From assembly GCA_964187785.1 (NCBI GenBank), contig OZ076409.1, positions 41,852,001 through 41,916,000 on the forward strand: a DNA stretch of 64,000 nucleotides. The letters run 5' to 3'. Positions within the stretch are counted from its first letter, which is position 1; every line of letters starts with the position of its first letter. The translations under genes and the position numbers were made by a program. The notes under the pieces are model-generated. The model was not told the origin of the DNA. It saw nothing but the letters and a program-made list of their open reading frames with translations, and ran no database searches. Source of the DNA: Amphiscolops sp. MND2022 (lineage: Eukaryota). This document shows, one piece after another, positions 1-13,390 of the stretch.

Positions 1-20
1 TCATTCAGATTAGTTAAGAG

Positions 21-1098
21 CCCGGGTCGACCCTCCATGGATATCTTAGTAAGATCTTGGCAAGATCTTGCCAAGATCTTGGAAAAATCTTAGCTAAGAT
101 CGTGACAAGATATTGCCAAGAATTGCAAGATGCCATGGTAAGATCTTATCAAGAGAGCCATGTTTCCAAGAAAAATCTTACTAAGAAGCCCAATATGGCA
201 AGAAAAATCTTACTAAGAAGCCCAATATTGTGAAAAAAAATAAACTTAGAAGTCGAATATGGCAAGAAAAAAATTGCTACGAACTGCTCGATATCGAGAA
301 AAAGTAGAATCAGAAAACCATTAAATTAAGAGTTATGGAAAAATAATCTAGACATCATTCAAAACAAAATTACTGAATGATTTTTACAACCATTTCGATA
401 TCGATATTGTTCTTTCAATTGCAAAACTGTCGCCAACAACGGCGTCAGAATAGCCTTGAGCTGAATCATCACCCAAATTAGAGCAATGACCGCCGTTGCT
501 AGCAGTAATAATGCTGCTGAAACAGGCTCAAAGAAAGCTGGAAATATGATTTTTACAAAATTTCAGGATTTTAAGGTCTTTCCTTTGTAACTTTCCGATA
601 GTGGGTCTGGACGTTTGAGAGCATATTTCTCCGCCTCTGGAATCGACAGGAGTGATAAATTACAAGTTTTGGAAAGCCCTTGAAATGACCTTTCACTTGG
701 TACATTCGCATTTCTCAGTCCTAAACAGGTGAGCAGTTATTAGGATCCTCGTCAAAATTTTGGAAGCCAGACTACGTTATCGTAATTTTCACGCATTTTT
801 GCATGGAATTTTTTTTAGCAGGTTTAAGCATTTTGATTATGAAAACGAGTAGAAATAGTCGTTGTTGGGTGAAATGAGCCTTTAGATTGAGTCTCGGCTG
901 CTTGTACCGAAGGTATAGTGTTTTTTTATAATCATAAAATTTTGTCCATCGTGATAAGATACGATCTTGGAATAAGTATTATTTTAGTAAGATCATAATA
1001 AGAATCTTGCCATGGGATCCATGGTTGCCAAGATGTAGTAAGAATTTGGCAAGATCTTGCCAAGACAGCCAAGATGCTAGTAAGAGGGTCAACCCGGG
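21..1098. mobile_element. Non-autonomous CACTA/CMC-like DNA transposon (MITE), family A copy 1
   Basis: TIR CCCGGGTCGACCCTC ... GAGGGTCAACCCGGG; AG on both flanks (19-20, 1099-1100), consistent with a 2-bp TSD; subterminal CAAGATCTTG repeats at both ends. Confidence 0.8.
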
Positions 1099-1410
1099 AG
1101 GTCATGACAGAGATAAATTTTGAGAATGGTATAAAAAATGAATATTCACCTAATGAATTGTAATAAAACTTTAAAATAATCCTAAAACACTTTGATTCAC
1201 ACTACTTTTACAACTACTAAAGTATTTTTTTACATAATTTAACGCACGAGGGGATCCTCATACTATGAAACATGATGGATCATACTATGAAACCATAGTA
1301 TGATCACATTATGAAACATGGTCGCCGATACACGATTCTCAGTACACGAGTACACGAGTTAATTCACTTTCGCCAAGAGAATCTGGCGAATTACATCTCA
1401 AAAAAATTCT

Positions 1411-1452
1411 AAACAAGCCAGGAACAGCCCAAGTCGGTGCCCCTCAAGGTTC
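1411..1452 (+). repeat. 5' fragment of the Helentron-like (HINE-type) repeat family
   Basis: AAACAAGCCAGGAACAGCCCAAGTCGGTGCC matches the start of the full copy at 47688. Confidence 0.55.
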
Positions 1453-2043
1453 AACAAGAGCAAAGTGTTTGAAATATTCAAGAGACAAGTGTGATCTTTT
1501 TCAGTTACAATACAGTGCCAAAACACCCGCGGGGTACCTTTGAATGTCGAAAACGCTTTTTTAAAATTGCAAAAATCAGAATAACTGAATTTTCAAATAT
1601 TTGAAAAAAACGACACACAGCGCTGATATAAACCCAAAGTGTTCAAAAAGAGTCTTTGGTGGCGAAAATTTGATAAATATTTCACCCTTCTTCCATTGCA
1701 CTCATCCAGTATGTCACTGGAGCAACATATAGAAATCTAACGGAAGCGCCTTCTAAAATTCGAAATCGACCATGGATCAGAACTGACAAATAAAAGACAG
1801 ATTCTTCAAACAAACAATTATGATTTTTTAAACCACAACACCTGCTTGGGAATTTTCTTTTTCGATGACATCGAAGTGACCTCAACCAAATGTTCTCTAG
1901 TTACAAGAACAATTTTTGTTCGCTATGTTTTGACAAGTCGAACATGTCGAAAAATACTTATGTTTCATAATTTCAACTCTTTCATTAACATAAACTTTCA
2001 ATAACAAAAACTTTCAAAAACAGACACTCTTAATAAAAGTCGT

Positions 2044-2192
2044 TGTTAGTCAAATCGAAAACGACAACACGAAGCACAGTTCAACAACCGTTTCAGTTTT
2101 TCATTTCAACGTCTTCCACGTGAAGCGTGGAAAGTTTTCGGATCAAATTCAATGTCAGTTTCAGCTTCCGTTTTGGAAAGAATTTCTCAACA
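2044..2192 (-). repeat. Putative 3' LTR of BEL element 1
   Basis: Begins TGTTG (minus) straight after the PPT; visibly similar to 8105-8246. Distal end uncertain. Confidence 0.6.
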
Positions 2193-2209
2193 TCCTCCCG
2201 ACGACGCAA

Positions 2210-5200
2210 TGAAATTAGAGATGAAATTGTACCGAACCACGATTGATTTCACTTTTGAGACAGATGGAAGTGAACGACATTTAATCATACTTTTTTAAAT
2301 CAATAAACTTCGAGAGGTGAAGTCAAATCACTCGGTCTGCGGAAACTTTTTTCGGCAGAGACCACGTCTACAGCTCGGGCTTGACCATCTGCCCAAATAA
2401 CAGAAGGGAAGTATTTCCAATTCGCCAGCAATGTCGCGGTCGTTTTTCATGAACCAAAATAATATCGTTCACTTTAGGTGTCAAATGGCTGTTGCTGACA
2501 TAAGTGTGATGCTGGTTTTAATTCAATTAGGTAATCCCGGACCAACTTTTCAAAAACAGCCCACCAAGGCTTGGAAAAACTGTTGACATCTGGTATTATC
2601 CTGCGAATTCTCAACTGGTGTCGGTACTGCGGACCCAGTAGTCCTCTCCTAATTTCCAAGTGGGCTGGAGTATGCGGTAGACAATCTGATGGAATGTCCA
2701 AATACAAGTAACACAGAGATCTGCTATTAACCACCGCTTCAACTTCTGTAACCGTGGTGACTAACTGGTCATACCCGACCTGAAGCCCCAATAGTTTTCC
2801 AAGAGGTTCTTTCACCGACCTGACTAAGCATTCCAAGATTCCTTCCCACCAAGTAGCAAGTTCCACGCTGAAGTTTAATTTTACGCCTGGGTGTTCGACC
2901 TCCTGACACAAGAAAGACAAAAATTATTTCACTTCCGCACTGGCTCCTTGGAATGAGAAAATCAACGTGAAGTAAGAACTTCTCCTTGCTGCAAATCATT
3001 TGAAAGTCCTCATGAAACTGCTCTTCCGTCCCACTTCCGGATTGATACTTTTGAAGTGCAAAGTGCTTGCGAAGTCTTTTCCGATGTATGTAAAAACCGG
3101 AAAAGTAGACAAACTCTCCACCGTCAGAAATTTTATAACCTACCTTTGCATTTCTCTTCAAAAACTGGCATAATTTCAAGACAAGTCGAACGTGCTGTTG
3201 TGCCCGAATAACCCAAACTGTATCCTGAGTGCAGCAGCCGTGCACCGCTACTATCCATGCTTCACTAACTCATGATAGGTTTGTATGAATAGATCAGTAA
3301 CCTAATCACCTGCCGGTTAAAGAATCAAATTTTTGGCATCATATGAGAGAAACTTTGACTCATGAAGCCTTGTGTTGCACCGTATCAGCCCATCGTCTGG
3401 CAAAATCACCCCAAGGTCCTTGGTTCGTGAAAATTCAATCCGCTCAAACGTTCTGAAGTAAGATAACTTTTCTGCGAAATGCAACCGTTGTAGTGAAACT
3501 AGCCTTCTCTTTTCAGCCTCCTGGAACCATTGTACAAATCCTATGCTCCACGAAACCTCCACAAAACGGAGAAGTTGCTCCAAAATCTTAATCAGTTAAT
3601 AAACCTAATGTGCTGTTTGCTATTGTGTTTGTGAGTGACTTTATCTCATTCAACCTACGTTGAACAAACTGAACCAGTTGAGGCATCTGATTTCTGATCC
3701 ACAGAGGAACTTTTACTGAAACAGACCACAAATGTGTTGGCCCGATCACGTCCCTAAAGTTCTTCCTGCGCTGTTGCCTGGCCTTGCTGATAAACGAGCT
3801 GCCAGCAACTCTAGTCTGGGTATTTTCTCAACCTCCTTCTTTCCACAAACCTAAGTTTTAGATGCAATCAAGAAAACTGAAGTCTGACCGTTCTTTTCCG
3901 TCTGACCGTAACACACCACAGCACGTGCTTTCTTGGACACGTCCGTAAAACTATGCAAATTGATGTTGTACCTGCTTTCAATCTGAACGAACTGCCTAAG
4001 AATTGTCAACTTTTCTTGTTGCAAATCCTGAAAATGTTCTGTGAACCGTTTTCCTGTGTTTCGGGTAAAATATTGTCCCAACCAAACTCCATTTGCCAAA
4101 GTTCCCAAATCATAATCTTTAAGCTCAACAACCACTAATGAAATTATCCCAAATGGATCGTGAACACCGGAAATAACACTCAAAACTCCTTTTGTTGATA
4201 TTTCGGCCGTTCTTTGGTTTCTCGACAAATTTCAAGAAATCTATAAATATCAATTCCTGAACTGCCAATTACGAAAACACCAACATTTTAACTTCCTCCT
4301 GGTCGCCGAACAAACCTTTCAGCCATTTGTCCTCAACAAGTTTGTTGTAAACCACTGAGTTGTTGGGGGGCCATGTTATGTCGACAACTCATTTTTGCAT
4401 CTTTCAATACTTTCACTCACCAATTCGGAAAACAATGTTCCGGCTTCGTTGTCTGAAAGATCATCATCAAATTGTCGACATAAATGCTCTTGAAAAGTAT
4501 TTCAAACTGCACCTATCCTCACGCCGTAACTGCCTGCTCCAACCATCTCTTGAACTGCACCCTGATTGTAGCAATCAAGAGAAATGGACAACAGACAAAC
4601 ACAAAAGCCACACCCGAATACCTAAAATTTACTTCTCTAGTGGGCCGAAGCGCTTCGTCCTAGTGAATTCCTAAACAGTCAATGTCATTCTGATCAAGGC
4701 ATACCTGTAGAACGCTTTTTCAATATATGATAGCACTGTAATCTGGAACAACCGAAACTGCAAGAAAATCGCATACAAAGAATCCAATAACCCGCTTTTT
4801 CAATATATGATAGCAGTGTAATCTGGAACAACCGAAACTGCAAGAGAATCACATACAAAGAATCCAATAAATTCGGTCCATTGAACAAATAATCATTGAT
4901 TGAAAACTCAACTTCGACGACCTGGTTGAATTGTCTGAAACCACTCTCATTTTGGTTGTTGCCTCTTATCCTCCCTGATGTCCGCGTGATGCAGGATAAA
5001 ATGACAGATTTCACCTCATTTTGTGAAACTTCATCCAGAAGCCCTCGACTTTATCTTCAAGCCTTGCTTCGTTTATAGCACTACGTTTTGTTGACTTCAT
5101 CCTTGATGCAGCCAAGCTCCTGTGGTCCTTCAAATCTGTTTGTTGTCGTTCCCAAGGAGTTTTGCCACGTACGGTTCTCCGTTGTTCTTTGCTGATTCTT

Positions 5201-7000
5201 CGAAAGAATTGGATCTGCTTCGTCAACCATACCTAAACTTTCACATCAAGTGATTCATTTTTTGACAAAGTGTCTCTTCCCTGAACAGAGCAAACGAAAG
5301 ATCGAGTGTGTTATCGCTGCTACCTTCACTGCGTGTTATAGGCCCAGGCAATACCCAACGGAACTTGCTGCTTAGTGCACTCAGTTTCTTACAGAAGCCA
5401 CCTACTAATACATCGGGAGTGACAAACGATTATCACATTGCTGAATCGATAAGAATGCTGGCCGACAAAGAACCTGAAATGTCGTCCTTTACATCTTCAA
5501 CAAACTGAACATTGCTCAAAAACCTTTTTGTTTTTTATTGCCTGGATGTTACGAGGATTCAGCAGAGGCCAACAAATGGTCTGTATCCCACTAAATTCAC
5601 CAACACTTTTCTCTAAAGAGCTTGTATGAACCCTCTCTAAACCCATCGTTGACTTTCTTCTTTTTCGTCAGACCCAAATGCGTTCAAAGGAAAAGGCTTT
5701 CGATCAACTGCTTTCAAACCACATCTTGCAGCGAAGTCTGTGATGGAAGACTGCTGCGAACATATCCAAGAAAAAATCTTCCCCTGCAATTTTGCCTACA
5801 CCGTTTGAAATCGTTTTGTCGGCTGTTTCCACCAAAACCAGACGTCCGCTTGAAGAACCTAGTGAAACAGACGTTGAACTTGCCTTGCTTCCACCCGAAG
5901 AACTTTCTGCACCATGAATACGCTCATCAACACCCACTCAACGATTTTTGCTCTGAATCACGACTTTGTTCTTTTTTAATGTGACCGCGATTCTATTGGA
6001 CGCCCGTATCTCCTGCAGATATTCTCCCCGGTGGATGAAACGAGTTCTGCAAGTTTTTTCATTTGTGTAGTTTTGCGGTCTTCGTCCTTGGTTGTAGTTC
6101 TGCTGCTGCCATCGAGGCTGCTTTCAAACCCCCGCAGCATTCCGACTACTGATAAACGTGTTTCCAATTGCTTCTGTAGTCGGCGCTATCTTGAAGCATT
6201 CAGATGGTGGTGTTCGTTGCCATCGCTGAAACAACCCCTAACCTTACAAGATCTCCCTCGAGACGATTGAAACATCTTCCTTTCTCCGTCAAATACATTT
6301 TCCGTTCTTTTGGCCGTCTGAATCACCGCACATTTATAGTAAGGTTTTTAATGCAGAACACTCACCCGTTAACCTGCATATTAGTCACAGATGAACCTGC
6401 TTTACCATTCGATGAACCTCTTTCCAGAAGTGGCCTATTGCTACCTGCTAGTTTCTGTGCTGAGTAGGCACACTTCTCCTAGTCTCAACCTCCTTCTTGA
6501 GAAGCTCCAACAGCTCCTTCAATTCCCAAATCTGCGACAAATTGATTTCTTTTACCTGTAAATTTTTGTCCTACGGCAACATTCCCAACAGAAATGAATT
6601 ACCAGAGACTCAAAGATACTTTGGTTCACTGCCAAAGATTGAAGACCTCTGAACATAACTTTCACTGTTCCCAGAAAACTCCGAAACCTACCGTCATCCT
6701 TTCCCTCTAGAACAGCTGGTAGTTTCACAGATCGATGAAGAGTTTGAAATAAGCCGTTGAGCGTCTCTAAACTGCTTCTAGAGCAGCTGCCAGACACTGT
6801 CGTAACTTGCGCTAGTTATCGGAATACCCGAAATTGTCTCCACAGCCCGCCTTAACAAGCTAAATTTCAGATTAGTGAACTTGTGAATCTTCGACAAAAC
6901 TTGTTTCCATGTACAGCGTGTCCAAACAAGTCCAGAAATGTCATCAATTTGGTTACGTTTCTGTCAAACTTCGGCAAGTCTACATTCAGAAATCTAACCT
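2210..7000 (-). pseudogene. BEL/Pao gag-pol pseudogene (gag, RT, RNase H, integrase remnants)
   Basis: ORF fragments 2474-2920, 3317-3583, 3851-4228, 4694-5014 and an LPKFD gag motif near 6975; many stops and frameshifts. Confidence 0.8.
4713..4870. repeat. ~80-bp tandem duplication inside the BEL RT region
   Basis: CGCTTTTTCAATATATGATAGCA...AATCCAATAA at 4713-4790 and 4793-4870, about 3 mismatches. Confidence 0.9.
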
Positions 7001-8104
7001 TTTTTGATAATGCTCGAACTTTTCAGGTCATCTGTTTTACAGCCGCATCCTTTGAAGTTAGCGTTTGCCAAAGGCACCATATATGGTGCTTCCCGATCAT
7101 CTCCTAACTCGTCGGCTGCTTCTTTACTTTCTCCTAATTCTTCTCCGACAGCACAAACATTTCGAACTCCGCTGCTCGAAATTACAGAAAGTCCAACTAT
7201 CCCTGTACCTTCTTCAACTGGACCATGCAACTGAATCATTGGACTCCACAGAGGTTGCGTGGAAACCTAATCTCTTCTGTTTCAAACATGCTGGGTTCTT
7301 GCGAAATTATGTTGTCACAAATAATTCCTTTTCTTTGCCCAACATGCGTTTGTCTCGAAACGTCCTATCGCAGCGCTATTCCATTGATCGGAACCATATG
7401 ACTCATGTTTTGACCCAAAGCGCAGTGACTCTTCCTTCTTAGTCTCAGGATTGTCATAAAAAAACCGCAAAGAAGACGTAAAGCTCTTGACTTTGAAACT
7501 GACGGTTCTTCCCGCCCGCGTACCATCAGCTTGCCTCATTAGGGTGCCCGTTGTTGCTCTTGTGACTGTATTCCGTACGACACCAGGGTTGAAACGTGAT
7601 TCACCGTACTGTTTCGTTTTCGCCGTCGCCCTTCTTCCTGTACTCAAATCACCAACAACTTCAACGGTGTTAGGATTTTCATCGCTTCTTCTTCTTTCTA
7701 CTTGTAATGATAAAAGCCTTGTCCTTTGCTAACTTCTCTTCAAAAAATTCAATCGCGGAAATGCACTCCTCGGCTAGCATTTACGTCACCTGACACGTTT
7801 CAACGTTTCGTGTCACCGCGGATTCATGAATTTCTTCCTCTTCGTCGAACACCTCCCTCGTCCAATACTCTATCAAAGTTTTTTTCCTCGCTAATCCCGA
7901 ATCCCCAAGTTCTTTCTTCATTGCCGCACCCACGAAAAAGTTTTGCGGAAAATCTTCTGTATCGGAGCGTAACGTCTCCGCCTCTTTAACCAACCTTTGA
8001 ATCTTATTCAAGTGACCCTGTTGCTTTCTATTAATTTCTCTTATCGAAATATTTATTTTCCGCATTGTTTTCTTGTGTATTTTGTTTTATTTTACACTTT
8101 TCCC

Positions 8105-8246
8105 TGATTTCAAAATAAAAACACGAAAGAAAATTCAATAACAGTTTCAGTTCCTCGGCTCAACGTCTTTTACTTGAAGCGTGAATAATTTTTTGAACAA
8201 GTTCGATTTCATTTTCCGCCTCCATATTGGAAGAAAATCGTCAACA
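8105..8246 (-). repeat. Putative 5' LTR of BEL element 1
   Basis: Diverged copy of 2044-2192 (shared GTTTCAGTT, TCAACGTCTT, TGAAGCGTG, TCAACA blocks). Confidence 0.55.
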
Positions 8247-9719
8247 TCGTTTCGAAATGTCGAACGTATCTAAACACCAATGAAACGCTTCTCATCGGAT
8301 GGAGCCGTTACTTTTGTCTTCATTTCTTTTGGTCATTTCATGTTGATATTTTCCACGTTTTATGTGGCGTTTCAAGCTCCCGATTTTCTGTTAAGATTTC
8401 CTAGTTCCCTAAAGCTAATTGTTGCAAAAATTTTTTCTCTTCAATTGGAAGTGTATTTCTCTCATCCAATACTAACTGCTTTAGCAGGTGTAGTCCAATC
8501 ATCATTACAATACTATGCTGCAAAAGTTGATTTTATCATCAAGTGTGAAATGTTTTTTTTCTGTAAAACGAGAGCGAACTGTGTTCTGGTCAAACAGTGC
8601 ACAGTGTGAACAGGAATTGCGGCTTGTGATCATTAAGCGTAGTTGAATAAAAACGGAAACCATTTGAGAAAGTTCAATTTGAATTCGTAACGTGAATGAA
8701 GTTTAAATTAGTCATACTTTGACTAGAATTAAATTTTTGAGTACTAAGAAATGGAGAAAAAAGTCGAATTTTGACTACTTTACACCAAATTAACAATACA
8801 TCCTATTTCTTTTTTCTTTCATGAAGATGCTTCTCATTTTTATTGCAGTCGTTACCTAATTTGACTGTTCTACACTACTCGATTTGACTGGTTTACAGTA
8901 ATTTGCTAATTTACATGAATACATTTGGGTGCTTTACACTTGTTGGACTGTGTTACACCAATATTATTGTCTCCCTATATACACTAAGTTTTTATAATTC
9001 CAGAAATTTAGAAACATAAATCTCGAAGAAATGAAGTAAAATGTATACGTCTTGTAGTTTAACATATTACGTTTGTGGATTGAGATCATCTTATAATTAG
9101 GTGTATGTTGCGAAATGTACAAAAAGTGTTTATGGTACAACAATGATAACTGTGGAAAGTTTTATTCTTATTTCTATGATAGATTCTAACTACTTTGTTC
9201 ACTGGTCACTGGTAATTTGACTAAGTAACTACAAAAATTTGATAATCGAAAGAAGAGCTAAATCAAATCGATCATTTGAACTTTTTCTGCAGCAGTTTTC
9301 TTATTGCTGTCCTTAATGGTCCTACGTGACGGTCATGTCAACGTTGTAAATTATTTAAACACTTGTACAGTAAAAAAAATATGTCGAATTATCGCTTCAA
9401 TTGTACTTTGTCTCACTGCACAAAAATTCTTTCAACGCAGTGTAATGATTTTGTGTTGGATTGTCAGAGCAATTAAGTCGCAAAAGTTCAAATTGTATAA
9501 CATGATTTTATATGTCTTTACACCGAAGTATGAAAAATACATTTAGGTAAATAAGTTCGGATAGAAAACAAATAGTACGGATATTCAGCTACAGAATTCC
9601 AATAAAACGTTTTCTGTCATAATGTATGATATTCGACCGTAACTACAACTAATGAATATCAAGTTCAAGTTTTGTGAATCGTAAGTCAAGTTCAACAAAA
9701 TTACAAGATCGTATGTTTA

Positions 9720-10524
9720 CCCAGTGTTCGAAGCCATGGAACGCTTGCCATGATCATGGTTAATCTTGCTAAATCATGGTTAACCATGGTACCCTTGTCA
9801 AGATCATGGCTAATCATGATACATGGAACGCTTGCCAAGATCATGGCAAGATCATGGCAAGATCATGGCAAGATCTTGGCAAGATAACCATGGTTTGTCA
9901 TGGTCCTTGCCAAGGATATCATGTCAAAAGTTCGATTGAACCATTTTCAGTTATTGTCCGTGTCCTAGTTGAAATTTAAGGGGCGCGAATAACGTCTAAA
10001 GGAATAACACCTAAAATAACGTGTTCCGGGAATAACGTCTAAACGAATAACGTTATTCCTGCTCTCTGTTGGAATTCACTGTTTCTTTAATTGGAGGGGA
10101 ATAAGATCTAAAGTCAAAAAAAGGAAATCTAAACTTTCAGAACGGGAATAAGATCTGAAGTATTACTCAGGTTTTCATGCTGAATGGCTGTTCAATCAAT
10201 GATGCCTTTTGTTTTTCATTCGATACTATACTAGTCTCTAAATATTTGAAGGTATTTAGTGGTTTTTCTTTCTTTTTAGATGTTAAATTTGCTGCACTTT
10301 GTATTTGATTTTTGATGTAATAGCCTCCAATAAATGAAAAATGTCTCTTTTAATGGACAGTTTACTGAAACGTTTTTGATACGAGTGAGATTTCTAGACG
10401 AGTAGCTGAAGGTTCAGTGCAAAAATGTCTGTGGAATAAGATCTGAATGCAAAACGGGAATAACGTCTAAAGCAGCGATCAGGAACATGAATTTTGCAAT
10501 GAAACCATGGTTTCGAACACTGAG
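9720..10524. mobile_element. Degenerate CACTA-like MITE, family B
   Basis: Imperfect TIR CCCAGTGTTCGAAGCCATGG ... CCATGGTTTCGAACACTGAG; subterminal CAAGATCATGG repeats; no matching TSD. Confidence 0.6.
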
Positions 10525-11940
10525 AATTCTCAAAAAAAACGGATTTGCTACCATGGAACCCTTGGCAAGAACATGGGTAATCATGTTTATTTATACATTC
10601 AACAAATAGATGTTGAAGTTCAAGTGAAAAGTCAAGTTCATCATTTGGCTTTTCCTTTGATTAGAGAATGTTCTGTTTGTTCAAATAACAAAGCACATAA
10701 CTCAATGGATTATTATTCGCCCATTCTTGGCATCTCTTTGAGGTTATTAGTTTGCAACTCCCTTCAATCGCTCCTTTCATCAAAAGAAATCGATTCGACC
10801 CTGATGGCGTTCCAACTAGCTCTTGACAATCTGAGACCAAGAAAGTCGTCAGCAGTTCTTGTTACCTAATTTGCGTCTCATTTCGCATTTCAACAACTTG
10901 GATACTCACGTCACTCGAGAATGGCGAATACATTGGAGCTTTTTTATCGGAAGTGTACCGTCAAATTCTTCCGTCTGTGCTATGATATTGGCGCTCACTT
11001 TTTGTGAAAAAAATCTCGAAGCAATCGGGTTTTCGATCCTACCTTGTAAATTTCAGAGTCCACAAGTTCGTGTTGCGAAGTAATGGAAGCATATAAATAC
11101 ATGTATTAAATTTACTCAGAGATACTTTTGTTACATTTTGCATTTTTTGTATAATATCTGAAGAGTTACAATTGGTTTGGGCATCCATCGAGAAGTTCAC
11201 AGTAAAAGCGAGATTTTCTATTTTCCTTGAAAACGTTCCGTCGGAGACGCTTAGTTTTTTGAGTTGACTTCCTTTACAAATTGGCGTTTCATTGTAGCAA
11301 GGCCAGAAAAGGACTTGCTTCGAGGTAGTCAATAATCAAGTACAGCATCTCTCGATCGCATTTTTGGTACGTTTTGCAGCCATTGGGTCTTGTGTGTTCG
11401 CCGGTGAAAACAAATGTCGTAATTGGTTTTGATAATATTTGCCCAACGAATGCCGTTTCCACTTCTATTTTACACATTTCCTTAACGTTTTTTGTTCCTA
11501 GATCATTTTTTAATTTGAATTGCTGTGCATAACGTTATGGATGCAAATTGTAACATCCGATAGCAAAAAACTTCTTAAAGTGAACTGTAGAATTTGACTT
11601 TCTGCGTTGAACTTGAACAACCGGTGGAACAAAACACTTACATAATGAACTTGAAAATTTGTTTGAACATTTTAATTGTCTTAAATTTGAACCTCCGTTA
11701 TGTTGTACGTTGGTACAAAAGGTATACTGGCGTTTTATTGAACTATTTGTTTCTTGACCGTCAAGCAAGTATTCGCGTGACTAACATCTTTAAAACTTTT
11801 TCGCGTGACAAACGTGAAAACTATATGCGCAGTAAAAAATTCGTTCAATCAATGCTTTGTTTGCAAACAGTGTTCTCAAAATGCAAAATTTTTTATCATT
11901 TTCTCTTTCATTTTTGAGGTAGAGTGTTCTATTCAATTGA

Positions 11941-12105
11941 GGGCTCGAGATTTGTGAGGTGCCCATATGGTCGAGTTTTGTTTGGGGCTCGAGCTTTGCG
12001 AGGTGCCCATATGGTCGAGTTTTGTTTGGGGCTCGATCTTTGCGAGGTGCCCATATGGTGACGTTTTTGGGGCTCGAACTTTGCGAGATGCCCATGTGGT
12101 GACGT
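11941..12105. repeat. Minisatellite, ~41-44 bp unit, about 4 copies
   Basis: GGGCTCGA.CTTTGCGAGGTGCCCATATGGTCGAGTTTTGTTTG repeated in tandem. Confidence 0.9.
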
Positions 12106-12109
12106 GTTT

Positions 12110-13390
12110 TTTTGCAGATTTCGTGACATCTGCCAAATTTTCAAACTTGTGAGGCAAATTTCCAAAACCCAGAATAGATATGGACACCATGTTTTCGCTA
12201 AAAGTTGAACAGGATCCTTTGCTACATTTTCAATGAAAATAAGTTCAAAAAATTTTTGAGGAATTTTCATGAAATTTTCGAGTGTTTTTCTTCTTTGATC
12301 CCCTATATCTCAGAACTGAGATTATATACAGGGTCCATAGTTTCGTAAATTGTACAAGCACTTCATAGGTTGCATTTTGGCCTAAAAATACGTCAAATTG
12401 CTTTTCATTTTGGTTTTTTTGGGCAAAAAAGAGTCGAACATTTTTTTCTAATTCATAGCTTATATTTCTCAAAACTGATGAATGATACAGAAACCATTCT
12501 CTTTCGAGAAAAAGACCATGGCTGCGGGATAATTTTTGGACCAACAAAGTTTCCGTCATCAAGTATGACGCCTTCGTTTTTCTGCAAATTGAATTCGTTT
12601 TTCTGCTCTCAAAACTGAATTTTTTTAAAAAGTTTATTTGTTCTTTTTTACTTGAGCACCTATATCTCATGACCGAGATAAAATATGGGGTTCATGGTTT
12701 CGTTAGTTTTACGAGGCTTATTAAGGCTCGTTTTAGGCTGAAACGGACGTCGAATTTTTTTTCGCTCTGGACTTTTTTGAGCAACTAATGTAACGAAAAA
12801 ATTTTCGAAATTTTTCTCCAAATTATAGCTTATTTGTCTCAGAACGGAAAGTAGATACGGAAACCAATCTTCCTCACAAAGAGAGGCAAGGATATAGGTT
12901 ATTTTTGTACTATCAAAGTTTCCGTCATGAAGTATGACGCCTTCGGAATTCTGCCAACATACATTTCTTCATTTCTCTGAAAAAACTTTTCCTCTATCTC
13001 TTTTGACCTTTCATCAAAATATCTTGATCTGAAACTAAATATGTTCACTAGGTTTTGGGTCCTGGTATATACTCGCTTTGTAGCACCTTTTTCAGACCAG
13101 TGAACGTTTCTGCTCGAGCCCAAGCGCGACATGTCGTCGCTCCTATGTTTTTTATTCGCAGATTTCGTGACTTGTGTCAATTTTTCCAAAATATGAGGCA
13201 AATTTCCAAACAACCGAGAACGGATATTGACACCTTGTTTACGCTAAAAAATGTGCATGCTCGTAGGCTACATTTTGGCCGGGAAAAAATTGACAAGTTC
13301 CTGCTTCATGGTTTTTTGCAAAGAAGTTTTGAAAAAATGCAATTTTTGAATGTTTTTCATATTTGATCCCTATATCTCACTCAGAACTGA
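12110..13390. repeat. Diverged ~360-bp tandem/complex repeat
   Basis: Recurrent blocks: CCTATATCTCA at ~12302, ~12659, ~13368; CAAAGTTTCCGTCAT.AAGTATGACGCCTTCG at ~12545 and ~12914; GCAGATTTCGTGAC block at ~12114 and ~13158. Confidence 0.65.

Larger units (their letters stand above)
2044..8246 (-). mobile_element. Decayed BEL/Pao LTR retrotransposon (element 1)
   Basis: Fragmented minus-strand ORFs with Pao motifs: RNase H LHSFTDVSKKARAVVCY, DDGLIRCNTRLHES, integrase WWEGILECLVRSVK..EAVVNSR, RT LFNGPNLL; diverged direct repeats at ~2044-2192 and ~8105-8246; PPT-like CGGGAGGA next to 2192 on the minus strand. Outer boundaries approximate. Confidence 0.8.

Noticed and set aside
7000..8065. ORFs upstream of BEL gag as an extra gene
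   Set aside because: Fragmentary; compatible with a degraded long gag N-terminus.
10600..11900. Possible decayed transposase or host exons on the minus strand
   Set aside because: Coding-like composition but no motif I can identify; needs TBLASTX.
11941..12105. Possible CRISPR-like array
   Set aside because: Units are contiguous with no unique spacers, there are no cas genes, and the context is eukaryotic.
11790..12270. Repetitive ORFs over the minisatellite
   Set aside because: Open in several frames only because of the stop-poor repeat unit.
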